Shown in pieces: positions 28,336 through 37,397 of a DNA stretch of 64,000 bases. The stretch's first letter is position 1, and every line of letters begins with the position of its first letter. The stretch covers positions 160,001 to 224,000 of the forward strand of contig JAWLHJ010000003.1 in assembly GCA_041690395.1 (NCBI GenBank), written 5' to 3'. The stretch is from Longimicrobiales bacterium. GTDB lineage: Bacteria > Gemmatimonadota > Gemmatimonadetes > Longimicrobiales > Gaopeijiaceae. Under the pieces are notes generated by a model that was not told the origin of the DNA, did not search any database, and was given only the letters and a program-made list of their open reading frames with translations. Position numbers and translations under genes: made by a program.

Positions 28336-29769
28336 TCAGCCCACCGACAGCGTGTAGCCGTAGCCGCCGACCTGCTGCGTGGAGTCGAACTCGATCTGGA
28401 AAAGCTCGCTCATGCCCTGCTCGCCCACGGACATCGTGTGGTCGACGGTGCCGAGCTGGCCGCCGTCGATCGAATAGAACGTGAACGTCAGGGTCACCGA
28501 CGTGCCGGCCGAAAGGTCCTGGTTCGACACCGTGCCCGTCACCTGGGCGCCGCCCGAGGGGTAACGCCGCATCTGCAGCTCGTCGACCGTCACCTCCAGG
28601 GCTTCGATCCGCTGCACGAGCTCGCCGGCCGTCTGGCCGTCGCCCATCTGGTTCGCCGACTGCGCGTAGATGAGCAGCGCGTTCTGGCTGTTCGGGTCCA
28701 GCTCGATCCAGCGCTCCGCGACATCCGGGACGTCGGCGTAGACCGAGTCGATCTGGAGGGAGCGCGCCCACATCTCGAGGGCGTCGCGGTCCATCCGGTT
28801 CGCCTCGGCCGCCCGGCCGAAGGCCTCGGCCGCGCGCTCGTAATCACCGCCCTGGTAGAAGCCGATGCCGATCCGGTAGAGATCCGTGGGTCCGACGGCC
28901 GGATCGTCGAGGAGCCGCCCGTAGATCTCCATCGCCCCGGCCTCGTCCCCGGTCTGCATCTGGGTGGCCGCGAGGTTCATGGCCATCTGGATGTCGCCCG
29001 GGTTCTCCGCGAGGATCTCGGTGAACACCGCGGACGCTTCCTCGAAGCGGCCGGCGTCGGACAGGACCTGCGCACGCAGCAGCGGCAGCTCCTCCCCCTG
29101 CTCGCGCCACGCCGCCAGCGTCTCGGCGTCCAGGTCCTCCTCGCTCGCGCCCTCGATGATCTCTTCCGCCGCATCGAGGTTCTCGAGGGCCTGATCGTGC
29201 TGCCGGAGCTGCGCGTAGATCTGAGCCGCCGTGATGAACGCTTCCGGCCGGCCCGTGAAGATCGCGTTGGCGTCGTCGAGGTACACGACCGCCGCCTCGT
29301 ACTCCGCCTCGCCGATGAGCGGCATGGCCTCGTTGTAGAGGTCGATCCAGGTCTGCTCCCGCAACTGTGCGTCCTGGAAGTCGTAGAGCGGATAGAGCTC
29401 ACCGGCGCGGTCGAAGAACGCACCGGCTTCCTGGTAGTTGCCGAGCCCCATGCTGGCCAGGGCCGCGAGCCGGTGACCCAGCGGGTTCCGCGGATTCGCG
29501 GCGATCTCGGCTTCAGCGGCGGCCAGAGCCTGCGTGTAGAGCGGTTCCGCCGCGGCCGGGCTACCGGCGTCCTCGGCGGACTCGATGAGCTCGCGGGCCT
29601 GGTCCGTGTTGTCCGTCTCGCTGGGCGGCACGCCTTCGTCGGCGCCCGACGCCTCGGCGATCATTCCGGCGACGCCGCCGCCACCGCCACCACCGCCACC
29701 GCCTGACGCGCAACCGGTAAGACCGAGTCCGAACGCTGCTGCCAGGACGAGTCCATAGCGGATCTTCAT
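28336..29769 (-). CDS. TPR lipoprotein with C-terminal FxLYD-like domain
   Basis: MKIRYG..LTGC lipobox, Gly10 linker, multiple TPRs, C-terminal VTGTVSN...VTLTFTFYSIDGGQLG. Confidence 0.85.
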   Translation of the reverse strand: MKIRYGLVLAAAFGLGLTGCASGGGGGGGGGGVAGMIAEASGADEGVPPSETDNTDQARELIESAEDAGSPAAAEPLYTQALAAAEAEIAANPRNPLGHRLAALASMGLGNYQEAGAFFDRAGELYPLYDFQDAQLREQTWIDLYNEAMPLIGEAEYEAAVVYLDDANAIFTGRPEAFITAAQIYAQLRQHDQALENLDAAEEIIEGASEEDLDAETLAAWREQGEELPLLRAQVLSDAGRFEEASAVFTEILAENPGDIQMAMNLAATQMQTGDEAGAMEIYGRLLDDPAVGPTDLYRIGIGFYQGGDYERAAEAFGRAAEANRMDRDALEMWARSLQIDSVYADVPDVAERWIELDPNSQNALLIYAQSANQMGDGQTAGELVQRIEALEVTVDELQMRRYPSGGAQVTGTVSNQDLSAGTSVTLTFTFYSIDGGQLGTVDHTMSVGEQGMSELFQIEFDSTQQVGGYGYTLSVG

Positions 29770-29812
29770 CCTTGGAACCTCCATTGGGTCATGTATTGGG
29801 GGAAGACTGGGT

Positions 29813-29841
29813 AACTTAGGAGGCCCTCGGAAAGACGCCAA
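29813..29841 (-). promoter_or_regulatory. sigma70-type promoter
   Basis: TTGGCG-N17-TAAGTT upstream of the TPR lipoprotein gene. Confidence 0.5.
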
Positions 29842-29890
29842 GGTCTCAGGAGTTCCTGCCGTGGAATCATGATGCAAGGACCCTGCCGTA

Positions 29891-31717
29891 TCAGCGCCCC
29901 AGGTAGGTGAGGATCCGGCTGGCCAGCGCTTCGGAGAAACCCGGAACCCGGGCGATCTCCTCCCTGGTCGCCTCCTTCACGCCCCTGAGCGATCCGAACC
30001 GTCGGAGCAGGGTCTCCTGCCGCTTCGGCCCGACGCCGGGAATGTCGGCCAACTCGCTCCGAATGGTGCGCCGGCTACGGAGCTTCCGATTGTATCGTAC
30101 CGCGAATCGGTGGGCCTCGTTCCGGATCCGTTGCAGCAGATGCAGCGCCCTGTCACGGCGATCGAGCACGACGGGCTCCGCGCGCCCGGGAAGGAAGACC
30201 TCCTCCTCCCGCTTGGCGAGGGCGACGACCGCCACGTCGTCGAGGCCCATGTCGCGAAGCGCGGAGACGGCCGAGCCGAGCTGACCCTTGCCTCCGTCGA
30301 TGACCGCCAGGTCGGGAACGGGCGTCTCGCGCTCGACACACCGTGCGAAGTATCGCTGGACCGCCTCGTGCATCGACCGATAGTCGTCGTTGCCCCATTC
30401 CCCGCGGATCTTCATGTGCCGGTACATCGAGCGCTTCGGCTCACCGTTCTCGAACACGACGGCGCTGGCCACGGTGTCGGTCCCCTGGATATGCGAGACG
30501 TCGAAGCACACCATAAGGCGGGGAACGACCTTGAGGTCCAGCTCGTCCTGCAGGCTGAACAGAGCGTCGTCGGCGCGGTCCGCCGCATACGCCAACGCGG
30601 TCACACGGTCCTCGAGCAGCTGACGGGCGTTCTGCTCCGCCAGCTCGACGAGCCTGAGCTTCTCGCCCTGTTTCGGAATCTTCATCGCCACCGCCCGGCC
30701 GGCCCGTTCCGAGAGAACGCCCGCCAGGACCTCGCGATCCTCGAAGTCCCCGGGGAGCAGCACCTCGCGCGGGAGATCGGCCATGCCCGCGTCGCCGCCG
30801 CCGAGGTAGTAGCGGGAGAGGAGCGAGCCGAGGAGCTCCCCGTCCGGAGCGTCCTCGAGGCCGGTGAAGCGTTGAGCCTCCCGACCCAGCAAAAGCCCGG
30901 CCCGCACCCGCATGACCGCGCCGGCGCCCAGCGCGCCGTCACGAGCCACCCCGACGACGTCGAAATCGCCTCCCCTGGCGCGTTGGACGCGCTGCTCGCT
31001 GGCGATGGCGTCCAGGCCGCCGAGCACGTCGCGTAAGTTCGCCGCACGCTCGAACTCCAGCTCACGCGATGCCTTCCGCATGCGGGCTTCGACATGCTCG
31101 CGGAGTCCTTCCGTATCGCCTTCCAGAATCCGCACGATCTCGTCGATCATGCCCCGATAGTCTCCCTCCGACTGGAGGCCGACGCAGGGCGCCGCGCAGC
31201 GTCCGATGTGGTAGTCCAGGCAGGGCCGATCGGGCGCCTCGCGCGGCAGGTCGTAGCGGCAAGAACGGACCGTGTGCAGCCGCTTGATCACCTCCAGCGC
31301 TTGCCGCATCGGCCCGACCGAGGTGTACGGCCCGAAGTAGCGGCCGCCGTCGTTGACGACCCTGCGCGTGACGAACACCCGTGGGAAAGGCTCCTGGACC
31401 GTCACCTTGATGTACGGATATCGCTTGTCGTCACGCAGCAGAATGTTGAAGCGAGGTCGGTGCTCCTTGATCAGGTTGGCTTCGAGGATGAGCGCCTCGG
31501 CCTCGGACCCGACCACGATCGTGTCGAGTCCGTCCACGTGCCGCATCAACTCACGATTCTTCGCGCTCAGGTCGGCGGAGCGCTGGAAGTAGCTTCGGAC
31601 CCTCGGCCGCAGCGACTTGGCCTTCCCGACGTAGAGCACCCGCCCCCGATCGTCCTTGAAGAGATAGACGCCGGGCTTCGTGGAGAGCCGGGGCAGCGCG
31701 TCCTTGTCGACCGGCAT
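29891..31717 (-). CDS. uvrC: Excinuclease ABC subunit C
   Basis: KPGVYLF..LYVGKAKSLR.RVRSYF GIY-YIG, UVR domain, FDVSHIQG, IDGGKGQL, RNEAHRFA, HhH repeats. Confidence 0.97.
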   Translation of the reverse strand: MPVDKDALPRLSTKPGVYLFKDDRGRVLYVGKAKSLRPRVRSYFQRSADLSAKNRELMRHVDGLDTIVVGSEAEALILEANLIKEHRPRFNILLRDDKRYPYIKVTVQEPFPRVFVTRRVVNDGGRYFGPYTSVGPMRQALEVIKRLHTVRSCRYDLPREAPDRPCLDYHIGRCAAPCVGLQSEGDYRGMIDEIVRILEGDTEGLREHVEARMRKASRELEFERAANLRDVLGGLDAIASEQRVQRARGGDFDVVGVARDGALGAGAVMRVRAGLLLGREAQRFTGLEDAPDGELLGSLLSRYYLGGGDAGMADLPREVLLPGDFEDREVLAGVLSERAGRAVAMKIPKQGEKLRLVELAEQNARQLLEDRVTALAYAADRADDALFSLQDELDLKVVPRLMVCFDVSHIQGTDTVASAVVFENGEPKRSMYRHMKIRGEWGNDDYRSMHEAVQRYFARCVERETPVPDLAVIDGGKGQLGSAVSALRDMGLDDVAVVALAKREEEVFLPGRAEPVVLDRRDRALHLLQRIRNEAHRFAVRYNRKLRSRRTIRSELADIPGVGPKRQETLLRRFGSLRGVKEATREEIARVPGFSEALASRILTYLGR

Positions 31718-31719
31718 GC

Positions 31720-33276
31720 TCAGTCCCTCCCCCCGCTCCCCGCTGCGGCGGAGCCGGGAACCGCACGTGGGCGGCGAACGCCGGCCACGGCCAGGTACAC
31801 CAGCCCTCCCGGTACCAGGGTGATCACCGCGGTCAGGATCGGATGCACGTCCGGCGCGACGCCCTGGAGGAATACCGCCACTCCGGCGGCGGCCGCCGCT
31901 CCGGCCGTGAACCGGAGCATGGGCGCCATGCCGGGGCCATGGGGACCGAGACGCCGCCCCAGGGAGCGCCGCAGCAGGCCGAGCTCGAGCCAAGCGCCCA
32001 GGCTCGCCCCCAGCGCGAGGCCGGCGGCTCCGAGCCTGAGCCCGGAAAAGCCCAGCCGGTCGAGTGGCAGCATGAGCGCCACTCCGGCGAGCGTCGAAAC
32101 CCCGACCCGGGCGTAGGCCACCCGGGCGGGGGTACGGGCGTCCCGCAACGCGTAGAAGGCGGAAGACAGGACCCGCGACGCCGCCGATGCCGGCAACCCG
32201 AGCGCGTAGGCCGCGAGCACGGCCCAGGTCACGAGCGTCTCGGGCGTTCCGAAAGCACCGGTCTGGTAGAGCGCGGCGATGACCACGTCGCCCATGAACA
32301 CATAGAGGATGGCCGACGGAATCAGGAAGTACGAGACGCGCCTGAGCGCACCCGCCACCCGGCCGCCCAGCACCTGCTCCGCCTCACCCCGCATGCGCGA
32401 CAGCTCGGGGAGCTCCGAGGCCGCCACGCTCATCCCGAAGAGCGAGATGGGGAGCACGTAGAACGTCTGCGCGTACCCGAGGACAGCGACCGCCCCGGAC
32501 GCCAGGCGGCCCGCCAGGATCAGGTCGATCCAACCGCTCAGGTTGACGACGCCTCGCGCCGCCACGACAGGCACGAAGTTGGTCACGGCTTCGCGCACCC
32601 CCGGTACCGACGGGTCGACCGAGATCGCCAGCCCACGCACGTGGCGCAGGAGGAAGGGCACCTGCCAGGCGAGCTGCAACACTCCCCCGACCAGGGCGCC
32701 CCACGCCAGCGCGACCACCAGCCTCCCGTCCTCGAGGCCCAGCCAGAACGCCCCGCCCGCCATGGCCGCGATCATGGCCACGTTCCAGAAGGCCGGCGCG
32801 ACATACGACACGAAGAAGCGCCGATGGCTGTTCAGTATGCCGAGCGCCCACGCCGAGAGGACCAGGATGCCCGTCATCGGGAAGAGGATCCGGATGAGCG
32901 TGACCGTGAGGGCCTGCTTTCCGGGATCCCACGTGGGGAAGAAGAGGTCGACGAGCCATGGCGCCACGGCCCAGCCGATGAGCACCACCGTCGCGGCCAC
33001 CACGGTCAGGATGCCGAGCGCGGCCCCGGCGAACCGACCCGCCTCTTCCTCGCGCCCCTGCTCGAGGAGCTCGGCGTAGACGGGCACCAGCGACGCCGAG
33101 AGCGTGCCTTCGCCGAGCAGGTTCTGCACGACGTTCGGGGTGCGCAGCGCCGCGCGCCACGCGTCCGCGTAGTCGCTCGAGCCGAAGAAGTAAGCGAACA
33201 CCCGGTCCCTCACGAGACCGAGTACCCGGCTCACCAGGATGCCACCGCCGACCCTCGTGGCGCCACGCCCGCTCAC
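31720..33276 (-). CDS. murJ: Lipid II flippase MurJ (MviN)
   Basis: SRVLGLVRD, PNVVQNLLGEGTLSASLVPV, LPISLFG..V, FYALRDARTP; GTG start with AGGAGG SD. Confidence 0.95.
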   Translation of the reverse strand: MSGRGATRVGGGILVSRVLGLVRDRVFAYFFGSSDYADAWRAALRTPNVVQNLLGEGTLSASLVPVYAELLEQGREEEAGRFAGAALGILTVVAATVVLIGWAVAPWLVDLFFPTWDPGKQALTVTLIRILFPMTGILVLSAWALGILNSHRRFFVSYVAPAFWNVAMIAAMAGGAFWLGLEDGRLVVALAWGALVGGVLQLAWQVPFLLRHVRGLAISVDPSVPGVREAVTNFVPVVAARGVVNLSGWIDLILAGRLASGAVAVLGYAQTFYVLPISLFGMSVAASELPELSRMRGEAEQVLGGRVAGALRRVSYFLIPSAILYVFMGDVVIAALYQTGAFGTPETLVTWAVLAAYALGLPASAASRVLSSAFYALRDARTPARVAYARVGVSTLAGVALMLPLDRLGFSGLRLGAAGLALGASLGAWLELGLLRRSLGRRLGPHGPGMAPMLRFTAGAAAAAGVAVFLQGVAPDVHPILTAVITLVPGGLVYLAVAGVRRPRAVPGSAAAGSGGRD

Positions 33277-33298
33277 GCTGGGGTCGCCCTCCTGGTGG

Positions 33299-33583
33299 CT
33301 ACGCTCCCTGGTCACCGGCGGGGAGACGCTTGCCCTCGTCGGGATCACGCTCCTCGATAAGCTTCTGCAGGAAGCGGCCTTCCTCGTCCAGCCGCTCCAC
33401 CTCCGCCGCCAGCCGCTCGACCTCCGACTCCAGGAACGCCAGCCGCTCGACGTTCACGTCCTGGCCACCCGTGAGGCCCTTCCCTTCCAACCGGGAGGCG
33501 AGCGCCCGCCCCACCTGCGAATCGAGCACGATCGCGAGGAGCGGGATCAGGACGACGAGGACGAGGATCAGCTGCAGGAACAT
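33299..33583 (-). CDS. Small membrane-anchored coiled-coil protein
   Basis: N-terminal hydrophobic helix, then ERLAFLESEVERLAAEVERLDEEGRFLQKLIE heptads. Confidence 0.75.
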   Translation of the reverse strand: MFLQLILVLVVLIPLLAIVLDSQVGRALASRLEGKGLTGGQDVNVERLAFLESEVERLAAEVERLDEEGRFLQKLIEERDPDEGKRLPAGDQGA

Positions 33584-33589
33584 GCGCCG

Positions 33590-33618
33590 AAGTTGACGAC
33601 GTGGCGTGGCGAAGACAA
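33590..33618 (-). promoter_or_regulatory. Possible leaderless promoter
   Basis: TTGTCT-N17-CAACTT, then 6 nt, then the ATG of the 94-aa ORF; no SD. Confidence 0.4.
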
Positions 33619-35241
33619 CTACAGCTCCACGTCGAAGCGCTCGTACAGCGCGTCGAGGTAGCCTTCGCCGTAGCGGGCGAGGAAGTAGAACACGTTGTGC
33701 ACGCGCTCGGCGGGCTTCCCGTCCGGATAGAGGTGGATGCGCGCCTTCTCGAGCTGGGACAGGGCGATCTCGGACTCGCGCTTGACGGCCTGCGCGATCT
33801 TTCGTTCGAGGTCGTCGAGCGCGGCGAAAGCCTGGCTCCGCACGTGCTGGACCGGTCCCTTCAGCGTCGGATCGACGGTCGCTGTGACCGACTGCAACTC
33901 GGAGACACCCTGCGCGATGGTTCCCCGCAGCTTGCCGAGCGCCGAGCGCACTTCCTTGGGGGTCTCCTCCTGGGCGATCTCCGATGCGAGCTCGTGGAAC
34001 GGCTGCTGGAGACGCGACATGTCCAGGTCGAACTTGTCGAGCACCTTACGCACCTTCGACTCCACCGTGGTCGCGGCCCAACGGGGGAAGACGACCGGCA
34101 TGCCGATGCCGTGCGCCGCGAAGTACGCGCCGAGCTGCCCGAAGTAGGCCATCTCCCCGGGGCCGCCCACGTAGGCGAGCGTCGGGAAGACGGCGCTCTC
34201 GACGACCGGGCGCAGCAGCACGTTGGGGCTCAGCACCCTGGGATCGGCCTCGAAGCGGTCCCGGATCGCCGCCTCGTCGACCGATTCACCCGACGTCCGG
34301 AGCCGGAAGCCACCGTCCTCGCGGTACAGGCGCTCCCTTCCCGCCGAACCCTCGAGGAAGAGATTGACCCCACCTTCCATGATAGGGACCTGGAGCCCGT
34401 GACCGAGCCCTTCCAGCGTCGCGGCGGTCTCTCGCAGCACGCCCTCGAGCTCCTCCGCGCGGCCGAGCTCTTCCAACATCAGCGACGCGGAAGCCTCCTT
34501 TACCGTCGGATCGGCCGCGTCGGTGAGATACAGACCGAAGCGGCCCAGGAGGGCCCGCATGACCGCGTGGTATCCCCGGGGCAGCGTAGATCCCTCCGCG
34601 AAGCTCGTGCGCAGGAGGGCGACGAGGTCGGGGGTGAAGTCCGTCTCGGGAAGGGACCCTACGAAGTCGTCGACCGCATCGCCCACCGCGTGGTCCAGCG
34701 GGATTCTGTGCAGCGGCGGAGACCGGTCCGGTTCGGGGTGTGGGAGCTCGAAGCGGTGGAGCTCGTTGTCCACGCCCACGATGTCGGCATGGTTCGCCTC
34801 GGCCCAGTCATGGTCGTCCGAAGCGATCCAGAAGAGCGGAAGGACGGGCCGCTCCAGACGTCTCTCGAGCTCCTCGGCCAAGCGAACCGCCGTCAGCGCC
34901 TTGTGGATCCCGTACAGCGGGCCCCCGAAGAGCCCTGGCTGCTGCCCGGTCGTCACCAGCAGTCCCCCCTGCTCGACCCAGCGCGAGAGCCGATCCGGGT
35001 CGGCCCCCTCCGGCGCGACCATCGCGCGGGCGGCCTTCTCACGGGCCTCCCGGTCGAAACGGCCGTCGACCTCGGCGGCCTTCTCCTCGAACCGGGCGAG
35101 GGTGCGGAAGCCGCCCCCGTAGAGCGCTTCGGCCTCGGGGTCTCCCTCGAGGTAAGCGCGTACCAGGGGGGCTCCCTGGGGTCGGGTCACGTGGATCTCG
35201 AGATCCGGTACGGGCGCGTCGGGGCGCCGGCGCTGGTCCAT
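33619..35241 (-). CDS. bshC: Bacillithiol biosynthesis cysteine-adding enzyme BshC
   Basis: VTTGQQPGLFGGPLY..HKA, PLFWIASDDHDWAE, SPNVLLRPV, YVGGPGEMAYFGQL, LYPDGKPAERV. Confidence 0.93.
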   Translation of the reverse strand: MDQRRRPDAPVPDLEIHVTRPQGAPLVRAYLEGDPEAEALYGGGFRTLARFEEKAAEVDGRFDREAREKAARAMVAPEGADPDRLSRWVEQGGLLVTTGQQPGLFGGPLYGIHKALTAVRLAEELERRLERPVLPLFWIASDDHDWAEANHADIVGVDNELHRFELPHPEPDRSPPLHRIPLDHAVGDAVDDFVGSLPETDFTPDLVALLRTSFAEGSTLPRGYHAVMRALLGRFGLYLTDAADPTVKEASASLMLEELGRAEELEGVLRETAATLEGLGHGLQVPIMEGGVNLFLEGSAGRERLYREDGGFRLRTSGESVDEAAIRDRFEADPRVLSPNVLLRPVVESAVFPTLAYVGGPGEMAYFGQLGAYFAAHGIGMPVVFPRWAATTVESKVRKVLDKFDLDMSRLQQPFHELASEIAQEETPKEVRSALGKLRGTIAQGVSELQSVTATVDPTLKGPVQHVRSQAFAALDDLERKIAQAVKRESEIALSQLEKARIHLYPDGKPAERVHNVFYFLARYGEGYLDALYERFDVEL

Positions 35242-35245
35242 GACT

Positions 35246-35716
35246 TCAGCCTTTGTGGTAGGGCTCTCCCCGGGCAATGGTCCCCGCCCGGTAGAGTTGT
35301 TCGGCAAGGAAGAGTCTCGCCATGTCGTGGGGGAAAGTCATGGGCGAGAGCGAGAGACGACGATCGGCCCGATCGAGGACCGCCGGGGCGAGGCCGAACG
35401 CGCCCCCGATCACGAAGGCGACCCCGGGATGGGCGCTCACCGCCCGCTGCTGCAGGTACCGGCTCAGCGTGGCCGATCGCATGCCCTTCCCTTCGCGGGT
35501 GAGCGCGACCAGATCGAGACCGTCGGGAACCCGGGCGAGGATCCGCTCCCCCTCGGCCTCCTTCACCCGTTCCGGGTCGGGGTCCCCCCCCTTCACGCCC
35601 TCGGCCACCTCGGCGACCTCGAGCTTCCAGTAGCGCGCGGCCCGCTCCTCGTAGTCCACGATGGCGCCGGTCAGCGCACCGCGGCTCCGTCCCACGGCGA
35701 TCACCAGGATCCTCAT
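35246..35716 (-). CDS. rlmH: 23S rRNA pseudouridine-1915 methyltransferase
   Basis: RILVIAVGR, FVIGGAFGL, LSLSPMTFPHDMARLFLAEQLYRA.TI..GEPYHK. Confidence 0.96.
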   Translation of the reverse strand: MRILVIAVGRSRGALTGAIVDYEERAARYWKLEVAEVAEGVKGGDPDPERVKEAEGERILARVPDGLDLVALTREGKGMRSATLSRYLQQRAVSAHPGVAFVIGGAFGLAPAVLDRADRRLSLSPMTFPHDMARLFLAEQLYRAGTIARGEPYHKG

Positions 35717-36735
35717 CGTGAGGAGCTCGTGACGCGACGGGCCACGGCCGCGATGGCGGCGCGAACCTCCACCTCGCCCCTGTCCCAAAGGACCCGGGAC
35801 GAGAGGATGCGCGTATCCGACGGAGTGGCGGACAGCCGCTCGAGCTTCACGGCGTCCTTCTCGGTCGCGACGACGGTTCGTCCGGGCGCCGCGCGGACGG
35901 CGCGGCGAACATCCTGCTCGGAGTAAACATGGTGGTCCGGGAACGCATGGAGGACGACGTCGGTTCCCGGGAGCGCCTCGCGCACGGCCTCCAGGAAGCC
36001 GTCCGGGCGCGCGACCGAAGCGAGCGCCAGGAGCGGTCCTTCGGGCGGTGACGCTTGGAGCCCATACACGTCGAGCCATCGGTCGGGGCAGAGCGTCGCG
36101 CACGCGGTCACGCAGGTGGGTGCGAGGCGGGCCACCTCATTCTGGTGGGCCCGCACCCACTCGTCGTCCGCGGTGCGACGTGTGATCACCACGACGTCCG
36201 CCCTCGACAGAGACGCCGGCGGCTCACGGTAACGTCCGCGCGGCATGAGACGACCCGGGAAAGGGTGCTCGGCCGCGAGAAGGACCACGTCCAGGTCTCG
36301 GGGGGCCCGTCGGTGCTGGAACCCGTCGTCCAGGACCGCCACGACCGCGCCCCCGGCACGTGCCTCGCGCAGCAGCGCTCTCCGGTCCCGGCCCGCGAGG
36401 ACGGGCACTTCGGGGTGCCACCTGCGGTGCATGAGAACCTCGTCCTCACCGTATCCGCTCAGCACGACCGCGCAGGGGACGGATGCTTCGCCGAGCACGT
36501 CGACGACCCAGCGCGCCATGGGCGTCTTGCCGGTCCCGCCCACCGCGAGGTTTCCCACGGAGATCACGCCCAGTCCGGGCACCGGGTCGGGTGGGCGCCG
36601 GTCGTGCCGAAGGTTGCGGGCGGCGGTCACCCCAGCCCAGATCCAGGAGAGCGGCGTCGTGACGAGCGTGACCAGGGCGGGTCCGAGCCCCCCTTTCCCG
36701 TCCCAGGACGAGCGGACCACCGACTCGAGCGTCAC
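35713..36735 (-). CDS. lpxK: Tetraacyldisaccharide 4'-kinase
   Basis: VISVGNLAVGGTGKTP, LDDGFQH, FPDHH.Y, TEKDAVK; start 36735 (GTGA overlap) or 36759. Confidence 0.95.
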   Translation of the reverse strand: MTLESVVRSSWDGKGGLGPALVTLVTTPLSWIWAGVTAARNLRHDRRPPDPVPGLGVISVGNLAVGGTGKTPMARWVVDVLGEASVPCAVVLSGYGEDEVLMHRRWHPEVPVLAGRDRRALLREARAGGAVVAVLDDGFQHRRAPRDLDVVLLAAEHPFPGRLMPRGRYREPPASLSRADVVVITRRTADDEWVRAHQNEVARLAPTCVTACATLCPDRWLDVYGLQASPPEGPLLALASVARPDGFLEAVREALPGTDVVLHAFPDHHVYSEQDVRRAVRAAPGRTVVATEKDAVKLERLSATPSDTRILSSRVLWDRGEVEVRAAIAAVARRVTSSSR

Positions 36736-37397
36736 CGGGGCCGTTCCCGCCTGGGCCATCCGCTCGGGTTGAGCCGCTCGGTGCACGCGTTGAGGTCCGC
36801 GCCGATCTCCCCGGCCATCTGCTCGAGCGTCCCCCGGTCCGCGTCCCGGGGGACGAATCGCGGCGCCAGGTATTCGACGGTGATCCGGGACAGCGGCCTG
36901 GGCACCAGAAAGCCGTCCCAGCTGTCGAAGTGCCAGCCTGACGATGCGCCGGCCGCGACCGGGATGACGGGCGCCCCGGTCATCTGGGCGACCGCGAGCG
37001 CGCCGGGCTTGAACACCCCGTGGGGGCCTCTCGGCCCGTCGGGCGTGATCGCGAGGTCCCGACCTTCCCTGCCCGCACGCACCAGTCCCTTCAGGCCCTT
37101 GGTGCCGCCCCGCGTGCTCGACCCGCGCACGGTGCCGAACCCGTTGCGGTGGAGGAGGCGGGTCACGTATTCGCCGTCTCCGTGCTCGCTGACGAGCACC
37201 ACGACGCCCTCGCCGCGATGGGCGTGGATGAGTGGCAGCAGCTGCCCATGCCAGCACGCGAACACGACGGGGCGACCCTGCGACCGGAACCCCTGGAGAT
37301 GCTCGTGGCCGACGCGTCGCTCCCGTGTGGTCAGGAACAACCCGCCGACGAGGCCGCTCCCGAGCACGCCCGCGGCGTCGTACTTCAGCTCGCTCAT
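36732..37397 (-). CDS. DUF374 lysophospholipid acyltransferase (LpxJ-like)
   Basis: ACWHGQL, LVSEHGDGE, VRGSSTRGG, AITPDGPRGP, SWDGFLVP.P. Confidence 0.88.
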   Translation of the reverse strand: MSELKYDAAGVLGSGLVGGLFLTTRERRVGHEHLQGFRSQGRPVVFACWHGQLLPLIHAHRGEGVVVLVSEHGDGEYVTRLLHRNGFGTVRGSSTRGGTKGLKGLVRAGREGRDLAITPDGPRGPHGVFKPGALAVAQMTGAPVIPVAAGASSGWHFDSWDGFLVPRPLSRITVEYLAPRFVPRDADRGTLEQMAGEIGADLNACTERLNPSGWPRRERPR

